Origin: Flectonema sp. DT1601
Lineage: Eukaryota
DNA length: 64,000 nt
Direction of reading: 5' to 3'
Assembly (NCBI GenBank): GCA_964019425.1
Contig: OZ025784.1
Location: 1,054,001-1,118,000, forward strand
The position numbers and the translations under genes were made by a program. Numbering within the stretch: position 1 is the stretch's first letter; every line of letters begins with the position of its first letter. Below are positions 36,276 to 47,821 of the stretch, piece by piece. The notes under the pieces are model-generated. The model saw only the letters and a list, made by a program, of their open reading frames with translations. It did no database searches and had not been told where the DNA came from.

Positions 36276-36965
36276 TTAAACAGAGCTCAATTTATCCATT
36301 GAATCAAAGGGTTCCTTAATTATCAATTCCTGGATCTGTTCTTTTTCATCTTTACAATTGATGTCTTTAAGTTCGTGTGTTTCTCTGAACTTCAGAGTTG
36401 GTTCTTCTATTTTATATGATTGGTATCCGTACCAACCTTGGAACGTTGCAAGAAATGACACTATAAGCATACTCCCCGCGAATTTTGTTGTTTTTTCGTG
36501 GTCATCTAATTGATCGGAAAACCATGTTCTCATAGTAACGTAAAACGGCATTAGACACAAACCAACAAACAGTAAACCTTTCCAAAATATTAGCGGAGCA
36601 ATTCGAACTGATTTGGCACGTGCTTTTGAATAATTTAATTTCACTTCTGTTTTTGGAAGGTCGGTTACTTCTCTATGATTTAGGTAAACCTGAATAGCAG
36701 CGAGTGGAATGACTGTTGCGATCACAACCACGTTGGCAAACAGTAAAGTAAATCCCAGCTGTAAGAATATTAATGGAGATAAAGCGGTGAGCAGCCCGAG
36801 AACCATCCCGATTATTATATTTCGACGATGGGTCTGAAACACCATCTTCTTTCTCTTTTCAGATGATATTATTCTCCCACATCCGAATCCATGCGGGTAG
36901 TACGCAGTAGTCCCATCATCCAAATCAACGAATGCTGACTCAGTCGCTACATTCAGGAAAGACAT
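36276..36965 (-). CDS. 4-TM membrane protein, paralog 2
   Basis: ATG at 36965 (MSFLNVATESAFVD) aligns to the paralogs. Confidence 0.85.
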   Translation of the reverse strand: MSFLNVATESAFVDLDDGTTAYYPHGFGCGRIISSEKRKKMVFQTHRRNIIIGMVLGLLTALSPLIFLQLGFTLLFANVVVIATVIPLAAIQVYLNHREVTDLPKTEVKLNYSKARAKSVRIAPLIFWKGLLFVGLCLMPFYVTMRTWFSDQLDDHEKTTKFAGSMLIVSFLATFQGWYGYQSYKIEEPTLKFRETHELKDINCKDEKEQIQELIIKEPFDSMDKLSSV

Positions 36966-37119
36966 AATTTGTCTTTTTTTTTTTTTTTTTTTTCTGTTGG
37001 AAAAAAATTTAAAAAACAAAATACAATTCACTAGCAGGGGATTTGTCTCGTTCGGATGTCAAACAAACAAAAATAAATAAGTTAGTTGGTATTTAATATA
37101 AATCGGATTTATCAAAAAA

Positions 37120-37268
37120 ATCAATCAAATCAAACAAATCGTGAGGGCAAAGAAGTTATGGTTGCTTTTCGGGCTAAAATTAAAAAGATCTTTCCCCGGA
37201 CCATTCCTCTTACCCAGCCTTCTTCAGCGAAGAAAGCAACGGGGACACTGCGTTGTCAGGCCTGTTCC
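37120..37268 (-). repeat. Family-B repeat, decayed copy of the permuted hammerhead element
   Basis: Colinear with 63045-63175; retains CTGAAGA, GTC, GAAA and stem I, but stem III and the first stem II pair are broken. Confidence 0.8.
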
Positions 37269-37817
37269 AGAAGTGTTAGTTTTTGAGAGTATTAAAAAAT
37301 TGCATTTCAGAAGGGAAGTCAGCGAAGTCAACACCCCTGGGGAAGCCCACGGGGTACGAGTTATTTGGTACGACAACCATGGGACTCTCACAGGGTTATT
37401 ACCAGAGTGAAAACATAAAATAAATTGTTCCGTTGGTATCAATACTTAATCTAAACGTATACTATGAGTCGCTGTAACAGAGGACTCAATCCATAAGTAT
37501 AGATTGTTGAATTACCTTCAACTAAAGTACTTCTACCTTGATTCTGTATATTTTATTGTTTTAGAAGGAGAGACCGTGTGACTCACCAGCTTCAGAAGAG
37601 GAATGAAGAAATGACCTTTCGCATTAAATACGGAAAGATATTCAAGAGTGTGTGAAAGGAGATTAATCGTTTGATTTAACAATCTGGTTAAGGTGTGTAC
37701 ATTAGTGTTCACACATGGATGAAAACATTTGAAAATATCTACTTTTTTTTGTACAGTTTGAATTCCCTTGCAATTGCTGTTATTTTTCAGGTGATCAATT
37801 ATTGCTCTCACAACTTC

Positions 37818-38507
37818 TTATGCTCTACTTGAGATTTCTGAATCCAACCTGTCCGATGGATCAGATTGTTCTTTAATAATTAATGCGTGTTTTTCATCTT
37901 CGCAATTGATGTCTTTAAGTTCGTGCGTTTCTCTGAACTTCAGAGTTGGTTCTTCTATTTTGTACAATTGGTATCCGTACCAACCCCAAAGTATGAAAAA
38001 AAGACATATCAAGAATAAGAGTATTGTGTTTATAACTGTTCTTTGATACGGTTTCAACAAATGTGAAAACCAAACTCTAATCGTTAGGGTCAACATCGTC
38101 AGACACACACCAAAAACAATATCAGCTTTCCAAAATATTAGTGGAAGGCACCGAACTGATTTCGCACGTGAGTTTGTGATATTCATTTTTATATCTGTTT
38201 TAGGAAGATCAGCTACTACTCTGTGATTAAAATATATCTGAAAACCCACTGCTGGAATACAAGCAACAGCTGTAATGCCGACCACGAATATCAGTTGGAG
38301 ACTCAGCAGTGCAACTACTATTCCAAAAACAGTTGCAGCTAACAATTCGGCGAGAATAATTCTACGGTGAACTTCGAACACTTCCATCTTTCTCCTTTCA
38401 CACGTAATTATTCTTCCTGAAACTACTCTTCCACAGGGATAGAATATTGTGCTTCCGTCTTCCTGATCGGTGAATGAAGCTTCTGCTTGTTTGTCTAAGA
38501 ATCTCAT
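37818..38507 (-). CDS. 4-TM membrane protein, paralog 3
   Basis: Aligns to the paralogs; C-terminal YKIEEPTLKFRETHELKDINC is identical to paralog 2. Confidence 0.85.
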   Translation of the reverse strand: MRFLDKQAEASFTDQEDGSTIFYPCGRVVSGRIITCERRKMEVFEVHRRIILAELLAATVFGIVVALLSLQLIFVVGITAVACIPAVGFQIYFNHRVVADLPKTDIKMNITNSRAKSVRCLPLIFWKADIVFGVCLTMLTLTIRVWFSHLLKPYQRTVINTILLFLICLFFILWGWYGYQLYKIEEPTLKFRETHELKDINCEDEKHALIIKEQSDPSDRLDSEISSRA

Positions 38508-38756
38508 TTTATATGTTCCGTGTATACCACACTGTTGGTCAGAAAGATTAATTTAGAAAAGCTTAACTGATAGTGATTAGAGTCAAGCAAGAACGATAGC
38601 AACAACTGCAATTATTGTTTTGTTTTGTTTTGTTTGTTTTTTCTCGATAACTAAATACCTGAGGAATGTTATAAATAAGTGAAACAGCAACTACGCAACT
38701 TTTCTTAATAAACTAACTCGATTTCCCGTTTTTTCGATATCATTAACCAGATGTAG

Positions 38757-38897
38757 TTTTGTAGTACCTCGGCTACATTTGTTGCTATTGGGCAATTTGC
38801 GCGCCTGCTGCCATCCTTAGATGTGGTAGCCGTTTCTCAGGCTCCCTCTCCGGAATCGAACCCTAATTCCCCGTTACCCGTTACAGCCACGGTAGTC
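38757..38897 (-). pseudogene. SSU (18S) rRNA fragment
   Basis: + strand AATTTGCGCGCCTGCTGCCATCCTTAGATGTGGTAGCCGTTTCTCAGGCTCCCTCTCCGGAATCGAACCC is the reverse complement of conserved 18S sequence. Confidence 0.92.
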
Positions 38898-39391
38898 ATA
38901 TCATCCCTGCAAAAGAAGACAATATAAATACTCACCAGATGTTACTTAAATCCAAATGTGGTACACTTTTAGAAACCTGAGACATAGATACAGGGAACAT
39001 TCTTAAAGTAAACACATACAGTTTTTTTTTTTTTTTTTTTTTTTTTTGGCCGATCTATGTCGATACTAGACTTGTTTAATATGCGAAAATATAATAAATA
39101 CCTTCCTCGGTCTTCTTATAAAGTATATGTTTTTCCGACAACAAAAAAAAGGAAGTCTAGTATGAAGCATTGCATAAATAAAGAGAGGAAGGAAAAAAAA
39201 AAAAAACAACTCCATACTGCACAAACCCATTGACGAGCACGAGTAGAATACGGTATGAGAAATGAAAACTGGTCCACTATACGATTGAAAGGCAAGAAGG
39301 TTAAGCGACATTTGGGGGGCAAGCCTGTGAAATATCACAAAAGCTTTAAAAAAAAAAAAAAAAAAAAAAGAACGCTGCTTTTGTTTGAAAC

Positions 39392-39429
<38 letters not shown>

Positions 39430-39964
39430 GCAAAACCTCAAGATAAAAAAAATAAATAAAAAACCAATCGACAGGGACGGTAATAAAAAAAAAAAAATAA
39501 AAACGTGTTTTTTCTCAAATTTTCAACTCGGCCGTGAGGACTGCCGAAGAAAAACAACCTCATTGGAATAAAAGCCTTGGGTCGAAGTTAGAGCATTGAA
39601 CACAATGATCTAATTTCTACCGAGCTCTGCTGAGGTACACTCATTCCAACTAATGCAAAATAAAGATCTATTTGATCCCGTCAGTGTTGTAAACGAATTC
39701 CTTTTCTTCACATTCGCAGGACGAACGGGTCCCGTGAAATAAAAGAGCCATCCGCTTTACAGCTGTACGCAATCAATAAACAAGTCTTTTGTACCTTGTG
39801 GTATTTCTTTTTGTGTGGGGTTATTTTTAAAAAAAAACTATAAAGAAACAAAAAATAAAGTGATATTCGTTTTAAATGAATGCGATGAGAGAAAATCGTG
39901 GTACTCTCATCAGCATGAAAAAATATTTTTGGAGATTACGTGATTTAATTTGTCACGAGAATAT

Positions 39965-40423
39965 TTATGCCTCATCTGGAGCACCAGTCTTCTGACGCAC
40001 CTGCTCAGCAGCTCCAAGGAACTTAACTCTGATGGCACCGTTTCCGTAACAAATGAGAAGGATCCAGTTGATAACCTGACACATGATGATACCTGCTGCT
40101 GCTGCACGTGCTGAGTCTCTAATCTCAGAATCGATGTTGTCATTGTCAGCTAACTGAAGCCAGAACTCAGTCTGAGTCATCAAGTAAGCTCCAGCCATGG
40201 CACAGAATCCAACAATAACTTGAGACCATTCCTCAGCCTTGTCAGTGAACACTGCTACAATCACGCAGACCAACAAGAAGAATTCAAACCAACATCCCCA
40301 CCACAGAGGTCTCATTGCTTCATTGGACAGGTTTGCCTTGTCATGGTAAGCTGCGGTACCCGCCAACAACAGAAGCCAGGCGATCAAAGTGAGGACTAGA
40401 AGAACGATGGTAACAACACGCAT
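39965..40423 (-). CDS. Small 4-TM protein, Sho1 membrane-domain-like, without SH3
   Basis: Four hydrophobic helices; AAAAGIIMCQVINWILLICYG resembles the last Sho1 TM. Confidence 0.7.
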   Translation of the reverse strand: MRVVTIVLLVLTLIAWLLLLAGTAAYHDKANLSNEAMRPLWWGCWFEFFLLVCVIVAVFTDKAEEWSQVIVGFCAMAGAYLMTQTEFWLQLADNDNIDSEIRDSARAAAAGIIMCQVINWILLICYGNGAIRVKFLGAAEQVRQKTGAPDEA

Positions 40424-40686
40424 TTTTGAAAAGTGTTTTTTTTTTTTTTTTTTTTAAAGATAACAAAATAGCTGAGGAAAATAATAAATAAATTTTATCC
40501 CTAACCCTAACTAAAACCAAAAACCGACAAAAGTAAATGAGCTCTCTGAGTTTATCGAGCCATGTAAGAACTATAATTAAAATATTACAATCAGATTAGT
40601 TGGGAATATAATTAAAATAAAGACTGCAATCTATAATCTAAACACAGTTAGCTGTGTAAAGTATGAACTCGTTAACCAAATCGAGT

Positions 40687-41637
40687 CTACAGTGGCATTG
40701 GAACTTTACCAATTAAAAGTTCAACACCCATTCTCTGTCGCAGGTATGGAATGTCTTTTTGTGTGAAGGGGAACACCTGTTTACGAGACATCAAACAGTT
40801 ACAATATTGACAAAGAAATACTCCGCAGTCATGACTATTTTCCTGAACAGGGATATTTGATGGAACAATCCGGTCTAAGTGATTAAAACTTTTCGGTTTT
40901 CCTTTCTTTTTCATATATTCAAATGAAAGGAAGTCAATAAGGACGTGAACGACATCACTTCCACTAATCCCAATTGAGTCGAAATAAGCGATCCTCCCAC
41001 CTCTGAAATCAACAACTGCTAGTCCCCAATGGTTTGTTAGATTACAAGGTAACAATAACATGTCATAATTAAATATATCAACTTTTCTTGTCCATCGTTG
41101 GACAGCTGTAAAGTCACAATCGCTGTGGATAAGCTTCATAAAGAAGTGAGTTCCAAAAGCAAATACCGTCGTGGATCCGTACAAGCTATTTATCCTGTGG
41201 ACTACAAGACTTAAATAAGAATTAATGACCTCATCGTTCAACCAATTTGAACCAGACAACGTGGCGTAATCACGTCTTAGCAGTCGTACCGCTGATTGGG
41301 GGGCTGGGGACTCATCTGATTTGGTTGACTCATTATTGTCCATCCCCGCTCTGGTTAGGTTTTGGATGTCACTTTCTGTTATTTTGTATTTATTTTTTCG
41401 ATATTTCCAATCGCGGTTATGATGCTCATCGACACCTATTTTGTAGCTCATTTCTGAAAAGACATCTGCCAACGACTTCGTCCTATCTTCCAATATTTGA
41501 TCCACAGTGAGACTCCATAAATCTGTACTTAGAATTTCAGCTTTTTGACGTTTTATGATTTCTTCTTCAACCAAATCAGACAAAAGAAGCTCCGCAATCC
41601 GTTTTGCTGAAGTATACTTCTCTCTGTCCTCGGACAT
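40687..41637 (-). CDS. Ulp1/SENP SUMO protease (C48)
   Basis: WLNDEVINSY, RWTRKVDIF, HWGL, YFDS, QENSHDCGVF. Confidence 0.93.
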   Translation of the reverse strand: MSEDREKYTSAKRIAELLLSDLVEEEIIKRQKAEILSTDLWSLTVDQILEDRTKSLADVFSEMSYKIGVDEHHNRDWKYRKNKYKITESDIQNLTRAGMDNNESTKSDESPAPQSAVRLLRRDYATLSGSNWLNDEVINSYLSLVVHRINSLYGSTTVFAFGTHFFMKLIHSDCDFTAVQRWTRKVDIFNYDMLLLPCNLTNHWGLAVVDFRGGRIAYFDSIGISGSDVVHVLIDFLSFEYMKKKGKPKSFNHLDRIVPSNIPVQENSHDCGVFLCQYCNCLMSRKQVFPFTQKDIPYLRQRMGVELLIGKVPMPL

Positions 41638-41935
41638 TAATTATGCTGCTCGGTATTGGTCTGCTGGACATGAATTCCTTTTTCTATTCATCCTGTTGTT
41701 GAATAATAAAGATTTATTGTAAAACAAGTACTAAACACGTTCCCCTGCCAATGCAATTCTTTTTTTTTTTTTTCCTCTCTAATATCATGATGAGATTATA
41801 ACAATAAAAAGAAACGGGAAAAAAAAGAGGAAAAAAAAAAAGAAAAAAACATCGTAGTGTTTTTTAATCTTTTTTTTTTCTTCTTATATATTATCAATGA
41901 GTGTGCTACTGCACAGTTATTCATTAAGAGTAATA

Positions 41936-43375
41936 CTATCCTGCAGTGTCTCTATGTCCGTATTTTCCTCTCCATTCGAATTGAAGCTGACCTCTTCCGG
42001 AAACAAAGGGAGTGTTAACTATTTCTGTGTCACTGTAATGACTCGCTCCGACAGCATCATCGTTGACGTTACCACTTCCGCTGATAATTGCATCGCGTTC
42101 TGTCCAGTGGGTGTAATCTAATTCTTCTATTAAGGCTAAGGCTTGAGCAAGGCAATATGATTCTTCTGGAGTTGGAGTGGATTGCATAACAGATACAGCA
42201 TTACGTACCTCTTCTGGTGAGGCAAGTCCAACTAAATTAGTACCGATAGCCTTCTGTTGTAATGCAAAGAACAACGCTACTCTAACTACGTCAACGTTGT
42301 TACTCTCACAAAGTTCGACAATCTCAGCGCAGCATTCTCTTATTTGAGGAGGTGCGCTGTGCCAACGTGGTGGTCCATTCGGAGTGAACAATCCCATGTT
42401 TAGCGGAGCAGCATTTATTATCCCAACGTTATTGTTAATCGTGTGTTCTAAGAATCGAAATGGAATACTTTTCGTACTCGTCAACAGTCTGTCTAATAAG
42501 TTATATCTTCCAACTGTCTGGAATACATGACAATGTCTTGCTTCACCGATACCAGTCGTTTCAAGTTGAGTTTCCTCTTTGAATATCATACTTAAGAGAG
42601 TAAGATCATACCCTGAGAGACCAATATGGTTTATCATTCCTTGTTCTTGGAGGTTAACAAGCGTCAGAAGACAACTGTTTCTTGCTGTCTTATAGCTCTT
42701 GCTATACCCAATGTCATGAATATAAACGATATCTAAATAATCAACGTTTAACAATTCAAGTGAACGCTCTACTGACTTAGCAGTAACATCACTCGAGTAG
42801 TTATTTACTCCAACCCAACGTGTTCCTCCGAGTATCGGGTCTTTTACTTCTTCTAAGTATCGACCTACTTTTGTACTTACATAGTAAGAGTTTCGTGGTT
42901 TTCCTTTTAATGCTTCTCCTAGTAGATATTCTCCAGATCGATTGTAGCCATAGAGGGGTGCGGTATCGAAGTAATTAATACCAGAGCGGTATGCTTCTTG
43001 AACTGTTTGTACTGCTACGTCTTCAGAAACATCGCTGTAGGTACCAGCTGCTGCACTCATTCCCATTGATAATTCCGACGCATCAATGTCTGTTCCTAAT
43101 ATACGTCGATATTGTGTATTCTTAACAAGCTCGAGATCGACTCCGCTATTTTTGTGGTATGTTGATGGAAGACCTTTGTGATCATTCATTTTTCTTCGAT
43201 GCTTTTCTTTTATATACAATGTTGTCACGAGCTTGTCTTCGTCGGTTTGCTTTAAACTCTTTATATAGTCTACGCCTCGTTTCGCTGCGTCTGTCGCTGA
43301 TTCATAGCAGCTTTTTCCTACTGCTGACATAACATCAGATATTTTCGGTAGTCCCACGGGTTTCCGAGGTGGCAT
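41936..43375 (-). CDS. Aldo-keto reductase (L-galactose/D-arabinose dehydrogenase-like)
   Basis: GINYFDTAPLYG, STKVGRY, DYLDIVYIHD, GIINAAPL. Confidence 0.88.
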   Translation of the reverse strand: MPPRKPVGLPKISDVMSAVGKSCYESATDAAKRGVDYIKSLKQTDEDKLVTTLYIKEKHRRKMNDHKGLPSTYHKNSGVDLELVKNTQYRRILGTDIDASELSMGMSAAAGTYSDVSEDVAVQTVQEAYRSGINYFDTAPLYGYNRSGEYLLGEALKGKPRNSYYVSTKVGRYLEEVKDPILGGTRWVGVNNYSSDVTAKSVERSLELLNVDYLDIVYIHDIGYSKSYKTARNSCLLTLVNLQEQGMINHIGLSGYDLTLLSMIFKEETQLETTGIGEARHCHVFQTVGRYNLLDRLLTSTKSIPFRFLEHTINNNVGIINAAPLNMGLFTPNGPPRWHSAPPQIRECCAEIVELCESNNVDVVRVALFFALQQKAIGTNLVGLASPEEVRNAVSVMQSTPTPEESYCLAQALALIEELDYTHWTERDAIISGSGNVNDDAVGASHYSDTEIVNTPFVSGRGQLQFEWRGKYGHRDTAG

Positions 43376-43509
43376 TTTTTATAAAAGAAATAACAGATCT
43401 GTGAAAGAAAATACAGTAAAGCAATCGGCAGAATAAATAATTTTTCCTTGTTTTTTTTTTTTTTTTTTTTAGATTTTTTTCTATTTTCTATTGTGGGGCT
43501 TAAAGAGGG

Positions 43510-44787
43510 TTAGAAATGCCTTTGTGAATTTTTTTTTACTACCCCACGACGTTCAGATTTTCTAGCAATGAATTGCTCATTAGAAACGACAATTTGTTTA
43601 ATGACACTCAGAGCTTTCTTAAAGAAGTCAATGCTGAGACCGAATTTCTGATACCAGTGAATGTATGCTCCAACAAATATTTTAACAGCCGCCTGATTTG
43701 CCATTGGAACTAATATGAGAGATGTTGTCGAAGGAGCAGTTGTGACGACGAGAATTTCTTTAGTACCTGAGCGAGAAGTTGAATTTGGAATGACTGAGGC
43801 GTCAAATGAGAGGGTCGACATTAAAGATTCAATTTCTGATATTTTCGATGAAACAGAAGTGAGTTGATTGTTATCACAACAAACAACAACACTAACACCA
43901 ATGGCTTCTTTAGTAGTTCGATTCTTAACATGAATTCGAAGGACCGAATCCCACGACTGGAAATCATCAACAGTAACATAATGACACGACAACGTCGCTA
44001 TCTTATGATCTTCATGAGGTGCAAGAGACGCTACTAATTTACATCCTATACAAGGAAGACTACCGAACTGCAGCAATAGTCCTACAGAGTCTGCTATAAA
44101 ACTGTTGATGTGCTGAAGTGTTACTCCAGTTGTTTTCTTTTTTCCAGCTGATAAAAAGTCAAATACTTGTTGATTACTAATATAAATAATTAAATTAGAA
44201 TACTGTAGCAATGTACTAAATGTTAATAAAGAATTCAGACTGCTAACTGCGGTGTCGCCGTAATTATGTGGTCCAACAGTAATGTTAATGTGATACATGA
44301 TTGCTTCCGAGAATAATTTTTTACATTCTTCAAGAAGCCGACTACCTAAGCCAGAACCTGTACCTCCCGCTAAGGAGTGTATGAATATTAAACTTTCGAT
44401 AAAACCGTTTGATCGTTTTATTTCTTCTTCGATGGCTTCCAATGCTCGTTCATATATTAGAGTTTTCGTTGGTCTCCATCGAGTGGTGAACGCTGGTCTT
44501 TCATCAACTCCGTTCTGAGGAAGTGATTGAGCACGAGATGGTTTTTTTCCGATATAACCAAAAGCCCAGTTGTTTCCCCTTCCCTCCTCATCCGCTATAA
44601 AATTAGATTTCCTGAAAGTCGTATTTTTCGCTAATACTTTTTCTATTACCTTCGGCTCAGTGTCGACTCCAACACATCTCGCATATCCATCTCTTGTGTG
44701 AGTTCTCTCATTTCGTTGAAGACGTTTCCAAATTTCACTTCCAACTTGAATACCACATTGACCAACCAATACGAATACAACAGACAT
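43510..44787 (-). CDS. Zeta/delta-like tubulin
   Basis: VGQCGIQVG, VDTEPKV, GRGNNWAFGY, HSLAGGTGSGLGS, GAYIHWY. Confidence 0.85.
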   Translation of the reverse strand: MSVVFVLVGQCGIQVGSEIWKRLQRNERTHTRDGYARCVGVDTEPKVIEKVLAKNTTFRKSNFIADEEGRGNNWAFGYIGKKPSRAQSLPQNGVDERPAFTTRWRPTKTLIYERALEAIEEEIKRSNGFIESLIFIHSLAGGTGSGLGSRLLEECKKLFSEAIMYHINITVGPHNYGDTAVSSLNSLLTFSTLLQYSNLIIYISNQQVFDFLSAGKKKTTGVTLQHINSFIADSVGLLLQFGSLPCIGCKLVASLAPHEDHKIATLSCHYVTVDDFQSWDSVLRIHVKNRTTKEAIGVSVVVCCDNNQLTSVSSKISEIESLMSTLSFDASVIPNSTSRSGTKEILVVTTAPSTTSLILVPMANQAAVKIFVGAYIHWYQKFGLSIDFFKKALSVIKQIVVSNEQFIARKSERRGVVKKNSQRHF

Positions 44788-45184
44788 CTATTTGTTAGTA
44801 GTTACCAGGAGATGTGTAATAAAATATATTTTTTATGTTCGTAGAGCATGTCTGTAGTCGAATATGTTGTGTCGCCTGTTATGGAATTGAAGTAATCATC
44901 CTTTAGTAACTTTCCTTTGTTCAATATTACTAAGTCGTTGTGTGATAGTATATCGGAGTAGAGTACGAGGGAATAGTCATTCTTATACCACACAGCCGTA
45001 AGACACCCTCCAACAAGTGAATGTTCACGCATTCCCTTGACGGCTTTGAGGCGAGCAATTACGGTTGAACATGTCACAGTAGTTTAAAATAAAATGAAAA
45101 TGCGATGAACTTTATTAGTATACTTGTCCAACCGAGGGGGATGAGATGACGGGGAACTACTTTGAAAGAATAAGAAGAATGAAC

Positions 45185-45330
45185 TTTGATCTCGTTCGAT
45201 AATTCCTGCGAGGGGTGAAGTACAATGGGGGGTAAAGAATCACCTACACAGGACTTGGCGCTGCTATTGTCAGAAATCAGAAAACCCATTACGAACATAA
45301 AAACGATTTTTTGCTTCTTCACAGTCGCTG
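45185..45330. repeat. Family-A dispersed repeat, copy 3
   Basis: Colinear with the 19681 and 61605 copies. Confidence 0.85.
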
Positions 45331-45543
45331 AGAAGTTGGTTTGATTTGATTTCAGCGACGCAACCAAAAGGAAAAGAGAGAATAACAACATTGAGAATTC
45401 TGCGGATAAAAAGAAATTCTCTCTTATTTTTATTTCACTTTTTTTTTTTTTTTTTTTTTCACAATACCCGTAAGAAGACACAACTTCGTCGGCCTGGAGC
45501 TACCGTGAAGCTCGACTAAAGTCGTACCGAATAACTCAAAACT

Positions 45544-46599
45544 TTACTCTTGTTTAACAACCCAGTCACATATTCCTCCGGATCTAAGTGGTACAACTAC
45601 CGTTGGGTTTGTTTCTTTAGTTCCAAAAGGGAATGACTCGGCTACCTGGTGGGGCTCTTTAACTAATGTTACTTTCTCACTATTTTGAGGAATGCCATAA
45701 ATATTCGATCCATTAATTGATGTAAACTTCTCGAGGTGCTCTAATGCGCCAGCAGATTCAAACGCCTCCGCGTAGAATGACAACGCTTCATGAGCAGTAA
45801 AGATACCAGCACATCCACAAGCAGATTCCTTATCTCCAATAGCGTGAGGTGCTGAGTCAGTACCAGCGAAAAACTTTGTATTTTCAGGATCAGTTGCCGC
45901 TGCGAGAAGAGCTTTTCTGTCCTCTTCCCTTTTAAGAATTGGAAGGCAGTACATGTGCGGTCTAATCCCACCTTTAAAAATGTCATTTCTGTTGTGGATT
46001 AAGTGATGAGCGGTGATGGTGGCGCCAACGTTTGGTCCCTGTTTTTTTACGAAATCAACGGCAGCGCGGGTGGTGATGTGCTCACAGACAACCTTGAGAT
46101 GTGGTACTTTCTGAATGATTAACTTTCCCATAATCTCATCATAGAATGCCTTCTCACGATCAAAGATGTCTTCACAAGTAGTTGATTCACCGTGTACACA
46201 GAGAACCATACCAAGATCTGCCATCTTTCTTAAAGCAGGAAGACACGATTCATAGTTTGTGATTCCGTTTTCTGAATTAGTTGTTGCTCCAGCAGGGTAC
46301 AGTTTTACTGCCTTAACAAATCCAGTGTTCCACGCTTCTTCAATCTCATCAGGAGTAGTAGTGTCAGTTAGATAAAGAGTCATTATGAAATCAATACGAG
46401 CACCACCAGCGGCTTCAATTAATCGCTGACGGTACTCAGTCGCTTTTGCTGCGTTTGTAACGAAATTGTTCTTCAGATTTGGCATCGCAAGAACTCTTCT
46501 AAACTGCTTTGCTGCGAGTGGAACGGTTGTTTCAAGTACTTCACCGTCTCTGAAGTGATGGTGGAAGTCATCAGCTGCTGTGATTGTTAACGTCGTCAT
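45544..46599 (-). CDS. pyrC: Dihydroorotase, stand-alone homodimeric (E. coli PyrC) type
   Basis: DDFHHHFRDG, MPN, KLYPAGATTNS, EHITT, CLPILK, GTDSAPH; likely ATG at 46599. Confidence 0.93.
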   Translation of the reverse strand: MTTLTITAADDFHHHFRDGEVLETTVPLAAKQFRRVLAMPNLKNNFVTNAAKATEYRQRLIEAAGGARIDFIMTLYLTDTTTPDEIEEAWNTGFVKAVKLYPAGATTNSENGITNYESCLPALRKMADLGMVLCVHGESTTCEDIFDREKAFYDEIMGKLIIQKVPHLKVVCEHITTRAAVDFVKKQGPNVGATITAHHLIHNRNDIFKGGIRPHMYCLPILKREEDRKALLAAATDPENTKFFAGTDSAPHAIGDKESACGCAGIFTAHEALSFYAEAFESAGALEHLEKFTSINGSNIYGIPQNSEKVTLVKEPHQVAESFPFGTKETNPTVVVPLRSGGICDWVVKQE

Positions 46600-46681
46600 G
46601 ATAGTGTTTGTGTTGTCTGGAAAATGTAAAACAAAAATAAAGACAACAATTAAAACATAATTCACCAAATGAAAAACAGCC

Positions 46682-47821
46682 TCAGTTCTCCTCTTCAAAT
46701 ATCGACATCTGCAGATTTTGAACTTCTGAGTTTTTCAACAAGTCTCCCACAACAACTTCCTTTATAGTTTTCAATAACACCTCATCAACTACCTTCATCT
46801 TTGACACAGCTTTTAAGAATAATATCACAACCTCAGTATGGTTGTGTAGTTTATATTTGTCACGATAAAGTTCAAATATAGCGATTGTTGATTTATCAGC
46901 TGCCGGACTATTTATAATATTTAATGAGAGTAAAGCTTTGCTAATCGACTCACCGGATAATAGATTGTGGTGATCAGCTTGTTTTAAGTACATCATTATT
47001 GTAATGTGATTGGTTGTGCAACTTATCCAAATGTCGAAGCAGGAGGGAGGGAATTGAATTCCCATGGATTCTGCGTGAAGTAACCACTGTCTACGATCAG
47101 AACTTTGAGTGATGTGCCATCCAACTATGTAGTAGTACCTCCATCCTAATGATAGTTTCGGATACGTAGATGGTATTGTTTTGTGTTGTAGTTGCAACGC
47201 TTTGAATCCCTTTTCAAATGCGACAACAGAGTGATAAGCCTGCAACACATCAACCGTCACATCAATATCATTAGCATACTTTGATAACAACAATTCAACG
47301 TGGATTAACTTATCTGTCACTGTATGTGTCTTTGCAATGCTAGTAATTGCCTGAGCAAGGACGTAGTCGTCTATTGCGGGTACAGATGAGTCACATTGCA
47401 TTTGATCAAGTATTTCCATTATCCTCACAATAGCTGTCTTCCCTTCAATACTCGACGCTATGCGTAATAACTGTACGTAGCTTCCTTTATCCACGTTGTG
47501 ATAATGAGAAGCGAATTTTATAATTTGTGTGCATTCGTGGTATGCTTTTGGTATTCGTTTTTGAGATAATTTTTTATATCTCTTAACCACTTTTGAAATT
47601 ATCGATATGTATCTTGCTACTTCAGAATTGTTTAGGGTAACACCTTTTCCAACGTCTCCTTCCCATGTAATTTGCTCAAAAACTTTTAATGGCGAGGGTT
47701 CGGTTCCCTCTCGCAGCCACCTTGCTGCTATAAATTCTGTACCTGTACTATGTCTAAAGCTTAAATTAGTAAAAGTACGAATCCAACTGACGTACCCTCG
47801 CACTTCGCTGTACCTGGGCAT
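46682..47821 (-). CDS. Hypothetical alpha-helical protein (start uncertain)
   Basis: Long ORF on the coding strand; the first ~66 codons of the track ORF look like UTR. Confidence 0.65.
   Translation of the reverse strand: MPRYSEVRGYVSWIRTFTNLSFRHSTGTEFIAARWLREGTEPSPLKVFEQITWEGDVGKGVTLNNSEVARYISIISKVVKRYKKLSQKRIPKAYHECTQIIKFASHYHNVDKGSYVQLLRIASSIEGKTAIVRIMEILDQMQCDSSVPAIDDYVLAQAITSIAKTHTVTDKLIHVELLLSKYANDIDVTVDVLQAYHSVVAFEKGFKALQLQHKTIPSTYPKLSLGWRYYYIVGWHITQSSDRRQWLLHAESMGIQFPPSCFDIWISCTTNHITIMMYLKQADHHNLLSGESISKALLSLNIINSPAADKSTIAIFELYRDKYKLHNHTEVVILFLKAVSKMKVVDEVLLKTIKEVVVGDLLKNSEVQNLQMSIFEEEN

Noticed and set aside
38655..38690. CTGAGGA...GAAAC hammerhead-like pair
   Set aside because: No stem I or III partners found.
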